Part shown: in pieces, positions 50,914 through 64,000 of the stretch | Layout: each line of letters starts with the position of its first letter | Position numbering within the stretch: position 1 is the stretch's first letter | From: Blasia pusilla | Lineage: Eukaryota | Direction: 5' to 3' | Assembly: GCA_050084515.1 (NCBI GenBank) | Contig: CM114271.1 | Location: forward strand, 24,862,001-24,926,000 | Length of the DNA stretch: 64,000 nucleotides | Notes under the pieces: model-generated | What the model saw: only the letters and a program-made list of their open reading frames with translations | Databases searched by the model: none | Told to the model about the DNA's origin: nothing | Made by a program: the position numbers and the translations under genes

Positions 50914-53900
50914 CTATGACATGTTCCTCTTCTTCACCTTCCCCTTGAGCGGTCTTTTTTGGTCTTTTGTCCTTTGTTTCTTATCAAACCTATTACCAGA
51001 TCCTTCTGACTTTTCAGTTCTTGTTTTCTTATGACTGTTGAAGTTCGACTTCTTCCCAGACCTATCACCAGCAAACCCTGGTGATTTTGGAGGTCCTCGC
51101 TTTTTCTTTTTCACATCCAAAGGTTCTTCTTCTAAATCATCACTCTCAAGATTTGCATCATCTTCGGCTTCATCGTCTGAGGAAATTAGAAGGTCCTCGA
51201 TGATATCGTCATCATCCTCATCTGAATCATCCACCTTTCTCTGTTTCTTGGACCCTTTCACTGGTACATTTGGTTCTTTTGCCTCTCTGGAAAAGCAATC
51301 CAACCACATCATATCGAATTCAGGATGGTCAGAAAGAGTTCAATGATTTTCTCATGCTTGTTACACAACAGTTCGTGTTTATGCCATTATGAAGGACAAG
51401 GCTTAAAACTAATGTATGGTTTAACAAAGGAGTAGCTACATGAAGACACCATTATGTGCTAGAAAGATTTGGATTGTTGAAGGAACATAGAGTACAGTAA
51501 GAGCATGAATTCTTATGTGTACATGATGTTTGAACCAGTCCTACAGTGAAGGATGAGGGTAATAGTATTGACAGGTGACTCCTTGAGTCTTTCAGGAAGG
51601 TTTGCAGACCAAGCGATTGTATCAAATTTTACATCCAAAATTCCTTCATCTACACATACGTACTGTTCCATCTGTGGTTCTCAAGTTAGAACTTACTCTT
51701 CAGATTTCTTCTTTGGTAACCATTCTTTGCTGAAAACCTGGGTTGCCTTTTCCTCATCATCTCCACTATCAGGTTCATCTTCATCTTTGTCATCATCCTC
51801 GCCTTCGCTATCGTCATCACCATCATTTCCTTTCCTTGCCTTGCGAGAGCGCCCTCCACCACCAACAACCTCACTGTATACCCACACAGATTACACAGAT
51901 AAATTGATGAGTTATGGCTCAGAAAAATGTTTTGAGCATTTTGCATGTATGGTTGGTGTATCCTGCAGCAACTGAGCACAATGCTGTCCGGTAGATGTTG
52001 GATCATCCCACAGTGTAAAGTAGCCCTGAACATGGTAGAGAGAAATTTCTCCTGGGTATGTAGGATATAAGGTCTTCAGAAAATAGAAAGCTGCAAAAAG
52101 AATATTCAGGTTACAAGATGGATCCATGATCAATTGAGGAACTAGCAGAATCATAATTATACAGTACCATGTGGTCCACACTTAATAGCCAGAATGTAGA
52201 ATCACCTGGACTTATGAAGATTACTGCTGCGTTGTTGGGCACGTTGGCGAAGAATGACTAGATATTTTGACAAAGGGCTGGTTCCTGCCTCCTTCTCAGC
52301 CTGCTCAGATATACCTGACAGTTACTTTCTCTGAATAAAAATTCTGTGTTAGCCTACAGTACCATAAAACAAATAAACAGTATTGCCACACACGAAGGGA
52401 AGTGGTAAAACCTGAAGGAATTCTTGAACAGATGCAGTGTCCTTTGGAGAAAAGGTCACCCCGTCTCTCTTACTTCCAACAAACTGGACGTTGCGATCTA
52501 TCTGCAAAATGGGTCAAGGTGAGTGATTGCTTCTCATCCAGTCTTGCAAAGCTTATGCAAAACTCCATAATTGCAAAGGATGAAAACTCGTCTTTCAGTA
52601 GTCCCAAGGCAGGGGCGAGTGAAAGACATATTTTCACCCCTCTATCAAGGCATAATACTTTCTGAAATCCAAGGCATTAACTTCTTGGTTGTGCTTGGTG
52701 TTTGGGTAAAAAATGAATGAGAACCAAGTTGTCAAAGGGGATCTGATGACTTAAAACATGTTAAGCAAAACCCCATCCATTCTGAAACCTTTTCAACTTG
52801 ATCAGGCACTTCCAGAGTTGCTAGAATGCATGCTCGTCCATTCTCTATTAAGTAACTCCTGATACATGGACAGAGGCATGTCCATGAATGCCCTGACGTG
52901 ATGGCTTCAACTGGTCCATCAGTATCAGTCAATTATAAGGATACAACAAACAGACCTGGTCAATAAGCTGCTTTGCTTGCCGCCGGAACCGATCCACGTT
53001 AGTCTTCTTAAGAAAGTGACGTAACTGCAGCAGAGGTACAACACATAACTCTGGGAATGCTATGGCGTAACTCCATTGGGCTAAATGCTCTCCAAGTTGC
53101 TCCATAACAGTAGCAACACACTCATCCTGAAAACCACGTGTTCTGATATCTGGTTTGGATACCTGATGATCAACTAGTGTCAGTTCTTCTCAAGTGTAAA
53201 TCCCTGCATACTTACAGCCACAGTTGAGACTCTTTAGCTTATGCAAAGTTAATACTAGAAACTATACAAAGGTCAAGATATGAAGGTTGTTCACACAGTA
53301 CAACCAACGGATAAATTCATTGGCTTTCAGAAAGTAACTTACCTTTATTGAGGTGTCAAAATCTATTGCCTTTCCTACACCACCAGTAGGTGTCATATGC
53401 AGCTCCTTGAACTGGAGCATGTCTAAGAGCAGCGCTGCCACAGGAGTGAACACATTGGTGGTACTTGCAAGCTGATTCAACATTTTCACACATTGTAGTC
53501 GTAGAGGGAAATATCGAGCAGTGGGGACCAGCCGAGCCACTCCTCCAATGATTTGTGCCAGAGGATACACTAACAGTTGCAAATCTCCTTGACCAGAGTA
53601 TGTACAAAGTACCTTGACCCACAAATGCAAAGAGTTGATGTACTGCCAGTTGTATACACTTTTGAAAGCATCCTGCAATTAGGACACCATTTGCATGCTG
53701 CTCAAATTCTGCCAATCAACTCACAAAGGGAATAGGAGTAATATTTTGTTCAGAAAATAAAAACTACAATAGCTATCCCATTGTCATACTTTTAAAGGTG
53801 AGGTAGACAACGTAGCTGGTGCAGAAATGCAATATAGCCACCACTGAAAGGTGGGTAAGACATACCTTAGTTTTCATGGTTAAGGCATTCCGTAGAATAA

Positions 53901-55672
53901 ATGCCATTTGACGTATGAAAACAAACGCAAGCTGATAGGAGGCACCCAAGTCAATGCCGTATAGTTCCACCACACAACTGGCTCTGAAGTGAATTCGAGG
54001 TAAAGACGACGGATTCACAAACTTAGAATTCGCAGCAAATTCCTTGTACATCCCTTTCAGACAGGTATCCAAAGAGTCTGGTCCAAGTTTCATTGCCATC
54101 TCTCGAATGAAGAATAGTGCTATTACAGGTAGAGCTCCTTCTCCACTGCCCCAAAAGTGCAATGCAACCTGCATTCCATCCGCTAAGTGTGTTACAACCT
54201 CGAATCTTTTGGGCTGCCAGCATGTAAGCCGATTGCGCATCACTACGAGTGTACACACTAAAACACTGTTTAACACCTCCCACTTCACAAGATCTCCTCT
54301 GGATGCCTCCCTGGGACAAAAATCTTACCTTGAGGAATCTCCGTGATAGTTTGGGAAAGGCTACCAGAAACGGAACTGACACCTTAAGCCTCCGAAGAGT
54401 GAAGGCAATCATCTCATTATCAGTCATCTGGTTCAATATATGGAGAACATTTCCAAGATATGACTTCACCAGTCGCTCCACTTTCTTCCAACGAGGACTT
54501 TTATGCAGATCAGTAGTACCGGATTCCTGGCTCTTCTTGTCTCCAGGGCCGCCCGAAGCAAGCATGTGCTTTAAGGCTCCGTCCATTTCGCAAAGCACAA
54601 AAACCATAATTTTATTGAAGACATGGCTGCTTGCAATGCTATACTTCGTTGACATGTTCTCTCCTTCTCCATCCCCATAGTGACAAGCAGAACGAAATGC
54701 TTGCAGAAGACTTCGAATTGCCGCCGGATGTTGCTTTTCACGAACTGCGACACACCATTCTTCGACCAGGGCCGTGGTCAGAGTAACTGGGCCGTCGTCA
54801 ATCTCAGAAGCTGGTCCATCCGTTTCGTTTTCTTCGTCCCTATCGTCCTCCAGATCCACGTCGCCATCGGACTCCTACAATTGAGGTTACCACAACAGCT
54901 CGAGGATCATGGATCTGGTATCGGCGATTTCAACGCGAATTTCAGTACTGGTCAAGAGGAGTTTAAAAGCTTCAGTTGTTCACAAACTCACCTCGTCATC
55001 TTCATCTTCAAAATCCAGTAGCTCCTTGTCGTGTTCTTTTAGAAACTGGTAAAACTCAGGATCCTACAATTGCGGATTGGCACCAAATAATCAGTCACGG
55101 GGCAGAGCCTTCACTGACATACCAAATCTAAGGCATTTAGTCTCCAGTAAACTTTAAATGCCTAAATGCCCAACGTTTCCGACCTCCGAACCTCCACCTT
55201 CAGACGTGAATTCTTACTGAAGGAAATATTTCTCTGCCACAACGGCGAGAATTCGTTCGAAAGTTTTTCTCTCGATCGTTTAGAGGTGAGATGCGGAACA
55301 ATGCGGTGCCTATGAACTCCATTTGTGGGACTTCCCACTTTTGCTCTGGCATTTCCACCCAGGATTGAAAGGCCATGCTGTTCGGCTTTCAAAAACAAGT
55401 CCTCCTACCTTCTGTTGAAGTTCGTTCAATTCCTGCTTATGCTGCGAACTCTCTGAATCGAGCTTCTTATTCTGGTCATGCCACCCTGTCCCGTTTGCTT
55501 CCGGCTTCTTTTCAGCTACCTCTTCACTCTCGTGAGCTGAGTCATCCGGTCTGTACGCAGCTTGCTTGCGTCGGATGGCTTGTTTCATAGGCTTGAGCTT
55601 CTTCCGGTGTTTCAAGGCAGCACCCAGGTGCTTCTGTGCGAACTTCTTCACGCTCTTGGAGGTTTTCACCAT
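50914..55672 (-). CDS. NOC2: Nucleolar complex protein 2 homolog (multi-exon)
   Basis: MVKTSKSVKKFAQKHL; DPEFYQFLKEHDKELLDF; LLQAFRSACHYG; VKSYLGN; YQLAFVFIRQMA; VYNWQYINSLHLW; YFPLRL; acidic/basic C-terminal tail; GT-AG introns between the ORF pieces. Confidence 0.95.
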
Positions 55673-56312
55673 CTTAGAGCACTCTAAAGCAGGCCGAACT
55701 AACCAGAAATGTCAAATTGCGCTCACCCTTCAGCAGCGGTCTCAATTCCGTAACCGCTGTTCACTTTGCCTAGTCCTCCACCCTCTCAGATTTGCGCAAT
55801 TCTCCGCGCAATTTTCAATGCCTAGCCAGTCCAGATTAATTCACCCAGCAACACCGTGAAAACATCCACTGAAACTCCCCCGTCCTCCTCAAACCTGCAC
55901 AGTAAGAAGCAGCACTGAACCGCTTCACAACAACGAAGTCGTAGTGGGCTTCAGCTTCCAACTAGACAGAGTTTGGCGTGTGCCTGTATCATTTCCGACG
56001 ATGCAATTGCGCGTTAACCTGGCGTGATGAGCGGTTGTTTCTGATTCAAGACCGCAATCGTTGAGGTCCCTACTCGGAAACCTGGCAGAGCAACCCTAAA
56101 GCCCTTGCTGGGGTTCTAGGTTTAGGGTTTTGCCAGTTCTGAAACTGGGTGGTCCTATTCCTGCTAAAGACAAGGGGGAGCGGGGCGATTGCATGTTGTC
56201 ACCCTCGTTGATAGAGAATTGTGAACCCGAACATCCCCCAGAGTTATGACCGCAGTTGTTGAAGGTGGTGCCTGGTTTCGGGTAGAAACTGGGTCGAGCT
56301 CTGGTTTGGGAG

Positions 56313-56726
56313 ATGGGTCGAGGTCCACCACCATTTCCTGGTTCGCCAGATGTGGCTCCGAAGCCTCCGAGTGCGCAGGTGCTCATAGATTTCTACAAGA
56401 AGAAAGGTTTGGATGAACAGGCAGCGTCTGTGAAAGCCATCGAGGATCTGCAAAAGGCACTCACGTATTCAGTTCAACGATTCCCTAAGCGCGCGCAAGA
56501 GATGGAGAAATCTATTGTTTCCATGACCGGGCACCTTGATACTTTAACGAAGCGTCTCGCCACCATGGAGGCTAAGATTGACACCAAACCGAACTTAGCG
56601 GGTGTGTTCGCAGCCGGTGTCGCAGCTGGGGCCGTTTTGCAAGCTACTTTTCAAGGAGTGCCTCACGTGTTTAGAGCCGTGACGCAGATTGGCCGGACTG
56701 TTGATGGGCCGACTTCATCTCCTTAG
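56313..56726 (+). CDS. Small protein of unknown function (coiled coil plus hydrophobic segment), divergent from NOC2
   Basis: 137-aa ATG ORF with coding-like composition (FYKKKGLDEQAASVKAIEDLQ...RLATMEAKIDTKP..VFAAGVAAG); telo-box-like AACCCTA/TAGGGTTT upstream at ~56092-56130. Confidence 0.7.
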   Translation: MGRGPPPFPGSPDVAPKPPSAQVLIDFYKKKGLDEQAASVKAIEDLQKALTYSVQRFPKRAQEMEKSIVSMTGHLDTLTKRLATMEAKIDTKPNLAGVFAAGVAAGAVLQATFQGVPHVFRAVTQIGRTVDGPTSSP

Positions 56727-58852
56727 CTAGTAGATACGAGAGTCAGTGAATTCTGAAGCACTTTCACGTTGGAGATGTCTGGGAGGTGTGGTCGTCTACC
56801 CAGATTGTCCGTGCTGCAGATAATGTTGAAAGACATTACGGGGCCCAGCTCCAGTCGGTATTACGAGTGCAGTTGTCCAGAGGATTCGCCTATCTGTACG
56901 GTCACACCTATATCTCCACAAAGCTCCCCAGCGTAGGATGTCCCATTCTTGTTGCAGGATGTGTTTTGATCGTGTGGAAGCTGTTCTGGAGAGGTGTTAG
57001 GCTCTCTCTCCACAATAGAAACCTCGAAATGGAGTAGACAGTCGTCTTGCAAGCGTATTCCTGAAAGGCGTGTCCGAGAGTAGAGTGATAGCCGAACGTG
57101 TGAGAAGATGCATGCGAATAGTGTGGCACCTCTACCAATTTGAAGATGTTGTTGTCCAACTGCCCCAAACTGACAACATGAGTGACTCTGGCAAATTCTA
57201 ATTGTTTTGGTGGTCGAAACGCTGCTGATTGAAAGCCATGTAAAGTGCAAGCTTTCAGAATATTGAGTCTTATCAGGTGCAGAGGGTAGCAGATTACAGT
57301 GTCTGGATGATCATGTAATTCTTAGCGCTTCCCTTCAGAGTTGCGATCTGATCAGTACCTGTTCCATCGCATCCTCTACTATCTCCATGGATCTTTTCTG
57401 CAACGTATATTGGGGATACGATGTTGCGTAGCCCTGTCTTTACTTTATGTGAACCCGAATCCTGAGCAGGTAGCCCAGGATTCGGCGTCGTCAATCTATT
57501 TGTCACAGATTGGACGATCAGTTCTCCGATCTCCAAGTCTGTCAGTTTGCAACGATTGGCCAAGCAATGGGAGGACCAATTGGAGGAAACTTCCCACTTC
57601 ATGGTCGTCTGATCTTCGATGGATCTGTGCCTCTCGTACTGGGGCAGTGATGAAAATAAACGAGATGCCAACTCCATGGAAAATTGCCACATTTGTCAAT
57701 TCTACCCCTGCCGTGATTATTGAGAGAAGTGGGATGTTCGAGTATGTGAGTGAGAGTTCAGTGGATCCTTGATGCTGGACAAAAAGGATGGGAGGCTCCA
57801 AGTTTGCTGACGGGCCTAATTTAACATCTTCCTCGCGTCCATTATTATGAAGGGGCCACTGAGTTTAACAAAAAGGGCCACAGGACGTAGTCAAGTTAGC
57901 AACACTGCACGTCATACGACTCATGGGGTTCTGCGGGGTTGTTTCTAACTCAAGCCAAGATCATCACATTATGATTAACTCGGAGATTCCCCATCGATGA
58001 AATCGTGTAGGAGCCCGAATCATCTCAGCTTACGCGAAAGCTGAGTGGCAGTCAAGCCCAGAGGAATAGATTAGACCACGATATGCGATACTATTCAGTT
58101 CCCTTAAAGATCTCGTAACGAGGATGAGTTGCTTTCTTACAATTATCGCCACGCACTCAACAAGCGTTGCAACGCTGTCCTGAGCGTCTCACTTCAGTTC
58201 AACCTCTGACTTGCAAATTCTACACTTCTAGAAAGAACACACTCACTGCAACTTTGCATTGGGAAGTTACAGAAGTGTGCTCATAAAAGAGGCACGATCT
58301 GACCTGAGCATCTCTCTTCAGATTGATCTTCTGACTTGCAAACTCTACGTTCCTAGAATAAACACACTTCCGGCAGCTTTACTTTCGGAAGTTGGAGAAA
58401 TGCGCTCATCAAAGAAAATAAATTTGGAAACCCATCCACGGAACAGAAGTGAACTCCGAGACACACACGCTGAATCCGCAACACTACTCACTCAAAAAAC
58501 GCGCTCCGAGCACGGGTCAACCCAAACCCGAGCATCTCTTCCTGTCACAGGCGCGGAGGAGTTACAGGTTGTAGCCCGAATTCGGGAAGCCCGAGTGACA
58601 CGTCCTGATGCCTCAGCCTCACCCTCAACCAAAACAAATGGCACGGCACACCCACAAAACGGAATGTCACTTCAAAGCGTGCCCCCTCCACCATGTCCCA
58701 GACCCTAACGTGGGGAGCCTTGTGCCCTCCGTGCTCGCGCGGTGAGAGAGGGTGGGAGGGAAGAAGAGAGGGAGCGTCACACAACTACTACATGAATCAA
58801 TTGAAGTAACTTGTTTCGTTAGCCCTTGACGCCATTTCTGGGATATGCTTTG

Positions 58853-60289
58853 ATGGCTTCCACTATGTTTTCGACCTATGGGCATCGCAGGCAAGGGGTG
58901 ACCACAATGGCGATGGCAGCCACATTTCCTCGTAGATTGGTGGGATTCACCGTCGACTCTCGAGTGTCTTCCGTGTGGCAGAGGGGGGAGGGAAGTGGAG
59001 CAGTGGGAGGAGGAAGAGAGAGCGACGTAGTAATGAGCAGTTTAAGACAGCAGAATCCGTGGAAGAGTAGAGGCCAGTGCGCGTGTGATAGGCAGAAATA
59101 TGAGCAGGAAGAGATAGGGAGTGAAAGGAGGAGGAGGAGTTCCAAGAATGCAGAAGGATTGGATGTGCGATTGGCGAGGAGACTGAGGCAGACGGTGAGT
59201 GAGAGACAGCTCTTGAGGCCAGAGCAAAGAGTGCTGGTGGCAGTTTCTGGAGGTCAGGATTCGGTGTGTTTGATGCACTTGCTGATGAGATTGCAGAGCG
59301 AGTGGGGCTGGAAAGTGGGAATTGCTCACTGTGATCATCAATGGTCTTCTGCCTCTCGCCAGCAAGCGGCGCATGTAGCTCAAATGGCACAGAGTGCCAA
59401 CCTGGATTACTACCAGGCGCTCACCACTCGCTCCGTTCTGGGAGAAGGGTTGGCACGAACATGGAGATATGGAGTTCTGCAACGGATTGCAATCGCCCAT
59501 GGATATGAAGTGATTGTCACAGCGCACACTGCGAGTGACAGAATCGAGACGCTGCTTTACAATCTGTTCAGAGGAACTGGGCTCCACGGCCTTCAGTCGC
59601 TCACTTGGAAGAGATTGCTGAGTCCTGTCCTTTGTCTCTCTCGCAGATCTGCGTTTCAACCGGACCGTCTGATCGACAGCTTCGAGGATCCCCATTTGGG
59701 GACAGTGGACATCTCTCCGCAGTCAAATCGATCTCTTGAGCTAGTGAGGCCTCTTCTGGATGTCACGAGGTCTGAGTTACGTGAGCTTCGGACGCAGTTG
59801 GAGTTGCCGTTGTGGCCTGATCCTAGCAATCATTCAATGGATATCGACCGCAACCGCATTCGTCACCAGCTGCTGCCATATGTGCGCAAGCACTTCAACG
59901 CAGGGATCGACAAATCTCTGGCAAGATGGGCTGAGATTCTTTACGGAGAGGAAGTTTATCTTGACAATCTGTGCCGTAGCATCTTGTCCAAGGCAGAGAC
60001 GGAGCTCCACGGCTCAGAACTTGGGAAGCAATTGGATGTCTCTCTTCTGCGATCTCTCCCCATCGCCCTGCAGCGACGCGTTTTGAAGCAATTCACCGAT
60101 GGCTATACCGGCAAGAGCTTGGGGTTTGATCTCGTTGAGCGTCTGCGACAAGCTGCGTGCTCCCACGGTTCGCGAGCTTTGCAAATGTCCATCAGAGGAG
60201 GTTACTATCTGCGGCTCCAAGACAACTTTCTCATAGTTGCTCGAGATCAAATGAAGGACTCGAGGCAATCACTCACTGTCGGTGATTGA
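58853..60289 (+). CDS. tilS: tRNA(Ile)-lysidine synthase, plastid/cyanobacterial type, with N-terminal extension; single exon
   Basis: PP-loop VLVAVSGGQDS, IAHCDHQW, ARTWRY, TAHTASDRIETLLYNLFRGTG, LVRPLL, WPDPSN, RNRIRHQLLP. Start is ATG 58853 or 58907; S/R-rich leader of ~100 aa. Confidence 0.93.
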   Translation: MASTMFSTYGHRRQGVTTMAMAATFPRRLVGFTVDSRVSSVWQRGEGSGAVGGGRESDVVMSSLRQQNPWKSRGQCACDRQKYEQEEIGSERRRRSSKNAEGLDVRLARRLRQTVSERQLLRPEQRVLVAVSGGQDSVCLMHLLMRLQSEWGWKVGIAHCDHQWSSASRQQAAHVAQMAQSANLDYYQALTTRSVLGEGLARTWRYGVLQRIAIAHGYEVIVTAHTASDRIETLLYNLFRGTGLHGLQSLTWKRLLSPVLCLSRRSAFQPDRLIDSFEDPHLGTVDISPQSNRSLELVRPLLDVTRSELRELRTQLELPLWPDPSNHSMDIDRNRIRHQLLPYVRKHFNAGIDKSLARWAEILYGEEVYLDNLCRSILSKAETELHGSELGKQLDVSLLRSLPIALQRRVLKQFTDGYTGKSLGFDLVERLRQAACSHGSRALQMSIRGGYYLRLQDNFLIVARDQMKDSRQSLTVGD

Positions 60290-61478
60290 ACTCGTGTTCG
60301 AAATTGGAAGATCAGCGAGAACATGAAACATTGAATTACTTCCCCACCCTCACACGGTGACTCACATTGTGAAAGGGCAATCGGTTTAATATTTCTGCTC
60401 GTATCTCGCTAAATACGCTCCTTGACGATATGCTCTCGCGTTCATTGCTCATACACCCATTGCTGCGAACCTGTGGTCGACTCGATTGCATAGATGCGTA
60501 GACAACAACTGACGTGCAGAAAACTTGTTGGCAAGAAGACGTCGACGATTCTCGCTGAGAACGTTTGCGCTGGAGTTTGAGACTCCTGTGAGGAAGTTAC
60601 GTACTCAGTAGAATGTGGAAAGAGGAGCGAGGTCCCATGAAGGTGCGTAAAGCAGAGCCTAACTCAGCGACGAGTGTGATGATTTTCTCTAGGCTGTGCA
60701 GAAAACAACGATGTATATATTCACTTCAGCTGGAGATCTTTCCTTCATGCAGCATTTGTTTACTACACCTATTTTTTCGTTTCCTGTTACATTCCGGTTT
60801 TCTGACGAATCGGTGTGTACTTTCTTTCCTCAGGGTTACACATCGTCTGATGGAATTAGCAGTCACCAGTCGGAATTACAGTCCTTGAATTTCGACAATC
60901 GAGGAGGAGAATAACGAGTCAAAACCAAACATCTGGGACGACGCAGTGGCAGCTGTACAATCTGTTGGAATACATCGGGATTACATATCACTATCCCAGC
61001 AAGAGTCACGAAATTAGAAGGGTGACTAACTTGCGCTTAATTGCAGAATGTACCTTTGAGAAACATACATCTTTAAGTTCCGATCGATCACATCCCGATG
61101 ATTACACCTCACATCCTTCATGCAGCAAATCAGCATCAGCAGTTTTACTGTTTCAATCAAGCTGTGGGGGTGGCAAGATGAGTAGGAGTTGAGTTGAATA
61201 TACGATTTGTGAGAGTTTATTTCTTGCTCAGTAACACACACATTTCCAGGATTCTGCCGGTACACTAGGATATTAGTAGTTTGGAACTGCTTCTGCAAAA
61301 CTTACATTACTCAGGTAGCACCGAGTAAGGTGTAGAAAACTCGTACGCTGACAAAAATAACCTAATCTCTTCCTACTCGATTTATCTTCCCCTAATAAAT
61401 ACATTTCAGTTAGATTGTACGATCATAATTTTAAATTCCGCTTCATTAGTAATTTTGTCGATAAAATGTTCGAATATG

Positions 61479-64000
61479 TCACGAGGGCTGGTTGGGACAG
61501 ACTCCTGGTTGCCTGACAATGTATACTTGATCACCAGCCTCTGAAAACATGTCCTGGTTGCGATGCCAAGTCCACAAAAGGTGGGTACTGTTGACCACCT
61601 GGCAACCACATTTACAGCATGGTCAGATGAATACCCAAGGCTATGAAAAAACATCGGGCTGCAATAGCTATTGGCACAGGCAATCTCGAAACAGCCACGA
61701 CCTATACTATATCTTCACGTGTGAAGCATTCAACAATCATGCACGCCTTCAACTGATCTACTCATACATTCTTCATCAGTACTACCAACTCTGCCAAGCT
61801 AAACGCACATGGCACCACTGGCTCGTTTTACGACTCTAGGACCAGACGTTCACGCCTACAGAAAGAGAGGTTACCGGACCAGCGAGAGCCTGCAATACAC
61901 TATAGGGCATCCATGAGAAATCGACCCGTAGCTTCTAAAACATTCAATGTTTCTCGTTGTTTAAGTGATGGACGGTCACAGGAGCATGGGGACACGGCGA
62001 GAGGAACAAATAATCGATCCTATTTTGAAGAGCTTCGCTTTGTGATCGTTAAAACGATAGTCAATCTGAAATCTTCACCTCAATAATTCCGTGTCCGAAA
62101 CTCGCTTCCCTATACGCACTCCACTCGGGTTGAGAGCTCCAGCAAAAACGTCCTGCTGCAGGACCCGAGTCGAAATTGAATCCACAGTATCCTCCCAGAG
62201 AATCTGGCGTACTTGCAGGTTCAGGACACCGGGATGGTTTATCGTCGGCATGCGTCAATGCCATCTTTTCATGATTCCCACCATCGCCAACTGTGATATG
62301 CACTGGGCCACAATTGTCTAGTGTGTAGTTGAATACCCGGTTCATTCGTTCATAGGCATGAATCTGCTCAGTTCGGCAAGCACACATCAATATAAGTTCG
62401 TGTAAGAAGGATGAGCTTCAATTGCAAAGTCCAACTTATGCGCTGACTCTAATCATCATGTTTCCAATGCCAGGATCTCACGCCCTTACAGATGGAGAAC
62501 TTGACTGAGAAATCTACAAGCAGGAAGGGTGTTTACACGGATTTACGTTTGTTGAGCAGACAACCAGTTTATGCAGACAACTCTCTCGTGTAGGAAGAAG
62601 AGCTTCTTCTATCCTAAACTAGAATATGAATCAGACAGAGAAAGATTGGGGAAGTCCAGAACTGTACATGTCCAGTCAAGACCAAGTCCACTCCATTTTT
62701 GTATAAAAGTTCCTCCATGGATATGCGCATGCACTCCACCTCCCGATAATGTGCAGTGTAACTGTTATACCATGGTGGATGCCATGTAGCTACAAGCCAA
62801 GGTGTGACGCTCCGATCCACTTTCGCCAAGTCCTGTTCAATCCACTTCCACTGCTCGCCTGCCATCGCATCCACCATCGAGGTCAGTCAGTGTCAGCCGG
62901 TAGCTCATGTCCATGAAAGACCGGCAAACAAACATCTTCGTCGCTCGCGTGCAAACATAAAACGAAAGAAGCGTCATCCCAGGGTAAGCAACCTCGAAAT
63001 GCAGACTTCACAGGTTAAGCGCTTACTCGTTTTGTTGTAGTCTATGTACGCTCCGAGCATCAGAAAGTGAATGCCACCCGCATTGAATGAATAGTAGAAA
63101 CTATTGGGCGATCCACTTTCTCTGAAAGGAACAGCGAATCGTGCTTGGTATGAGACGAACGTTTTACTGTTGATCTGAATCTCACGCTCATGATTTCCTT
63201 CAATTACCATAAAAGGTACTCTTGACGTTAATGGCTCCATGAATCTGCCACCGTGAAGGTCAACTTGTCAAACGAAAAGCACAGGAGAAAATTCTGCTCA
63301 CACACATAGGAAGATGGACCACTGACATTCCCCAATTCCAAGATTGTAATAGGGTGAACGGTCAACTGCAAAGACTACGGATCAATACAACTGGTCGCTT
63401 TTCACGTCGTCAACGAAGACCAGAACCACAGTATGCAACTGCTACCGCCTAATCTTAAGCAGTACTCGTTGTTCTTGAGCTCGGGCTATTGGCGGACCGC
63501 CACAGTCACCTTCTGCCTCAAGAAAACTGCTTTCAATTTCAACGATGCCTAAATTCTCGATCAAGAAACTCCTCATACCCAAACCTAATCACGAAAGACA
63601 AGCCACAAAGGGTCCAAAAGTAACTAGCGATGTAAGTACATCGCTAAAGCTCGACGATTCAGTGGACATTGGATAGTGGACCCACCTGCCCCATAGATCC
63701 CATCTCGGTTGATAAGTCTCGTGGATAGGGGTATCAGGAAATGCTTTACTGTAAGACGATGCTCCAGTGCCATTGGTAACGTAGAGGTCGGCATACACAA
63801 AATCGCCCACCATTAGAACTACATCAGGTTTGTTCTGCCGCAAATGGTCAATTGTGGAGGTCGAATTGTAAGTCAGCCCCAAGTCTCCGATGACGGCAAT
63901 GCGGGCAGGGAAATTGGTGGCTCCTGGAGTTGGCAAAGTTGTGAACGAATACTCGTTGCTCATCGCTGAAATTGCGGGATCTCCCACCCTGTAGAAGTAC
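61479..64000 (-). CDS. Purple acid phosphatase (PAP15/phytase-like), multi-exon, 5' part outside the window
   Basis: Metal-ligand motifs GDLG, GDFVY, GNHE, ATWH and GH/IHAYER over exons ~64000-63687, 63245-63027, 62858-62667, 62363-62079, and a last exon VVNSTHLLWTWHRNQD...PS* ending at 61479. Confidence 0.95.

Overview
Eukaryotic land-plant nuclear DNA; the compact genes, short GT-AG introns and transposon families suggest a bryophyte (inference). The left ~38 kb is a nest of decayed transposons: (i) Copia remnants; (ii) two diverged copies of a Ty3/Gypsy-type LTR retrotransposon whose pol carries a DNMT3-like C5 cytosine methyltransferase domain between protease and reverse transcriptase, with a PHD finger after the integrase in the copy that retains its 3' end; (iii) a plastid pyruvate dehydrogenase E1-beta pseudogene fused antisense to the truncated RT of the first copy; (iv) a ~11 kb Mutator-like (MULE/SWIM) element with a divergent second gene bearing a ParB/Srx-like DGNH motif and dozens of copies of a 29-bp palindrome confined to introns and the intergenic spacer; (v) a solo LTR and a probable non-autonomous Helitron. 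The right ~25 kb holds host genes: an intronless trehalase, a 3-exon coiled-coil protein, NOC2, a small unknown protein, an intronless plastid-type tRNA(Ile)-lysidine synthase and a purple acid phosphatase running off the window edge. All calls come from reading and hand-translating the sequence; no database searches were run.
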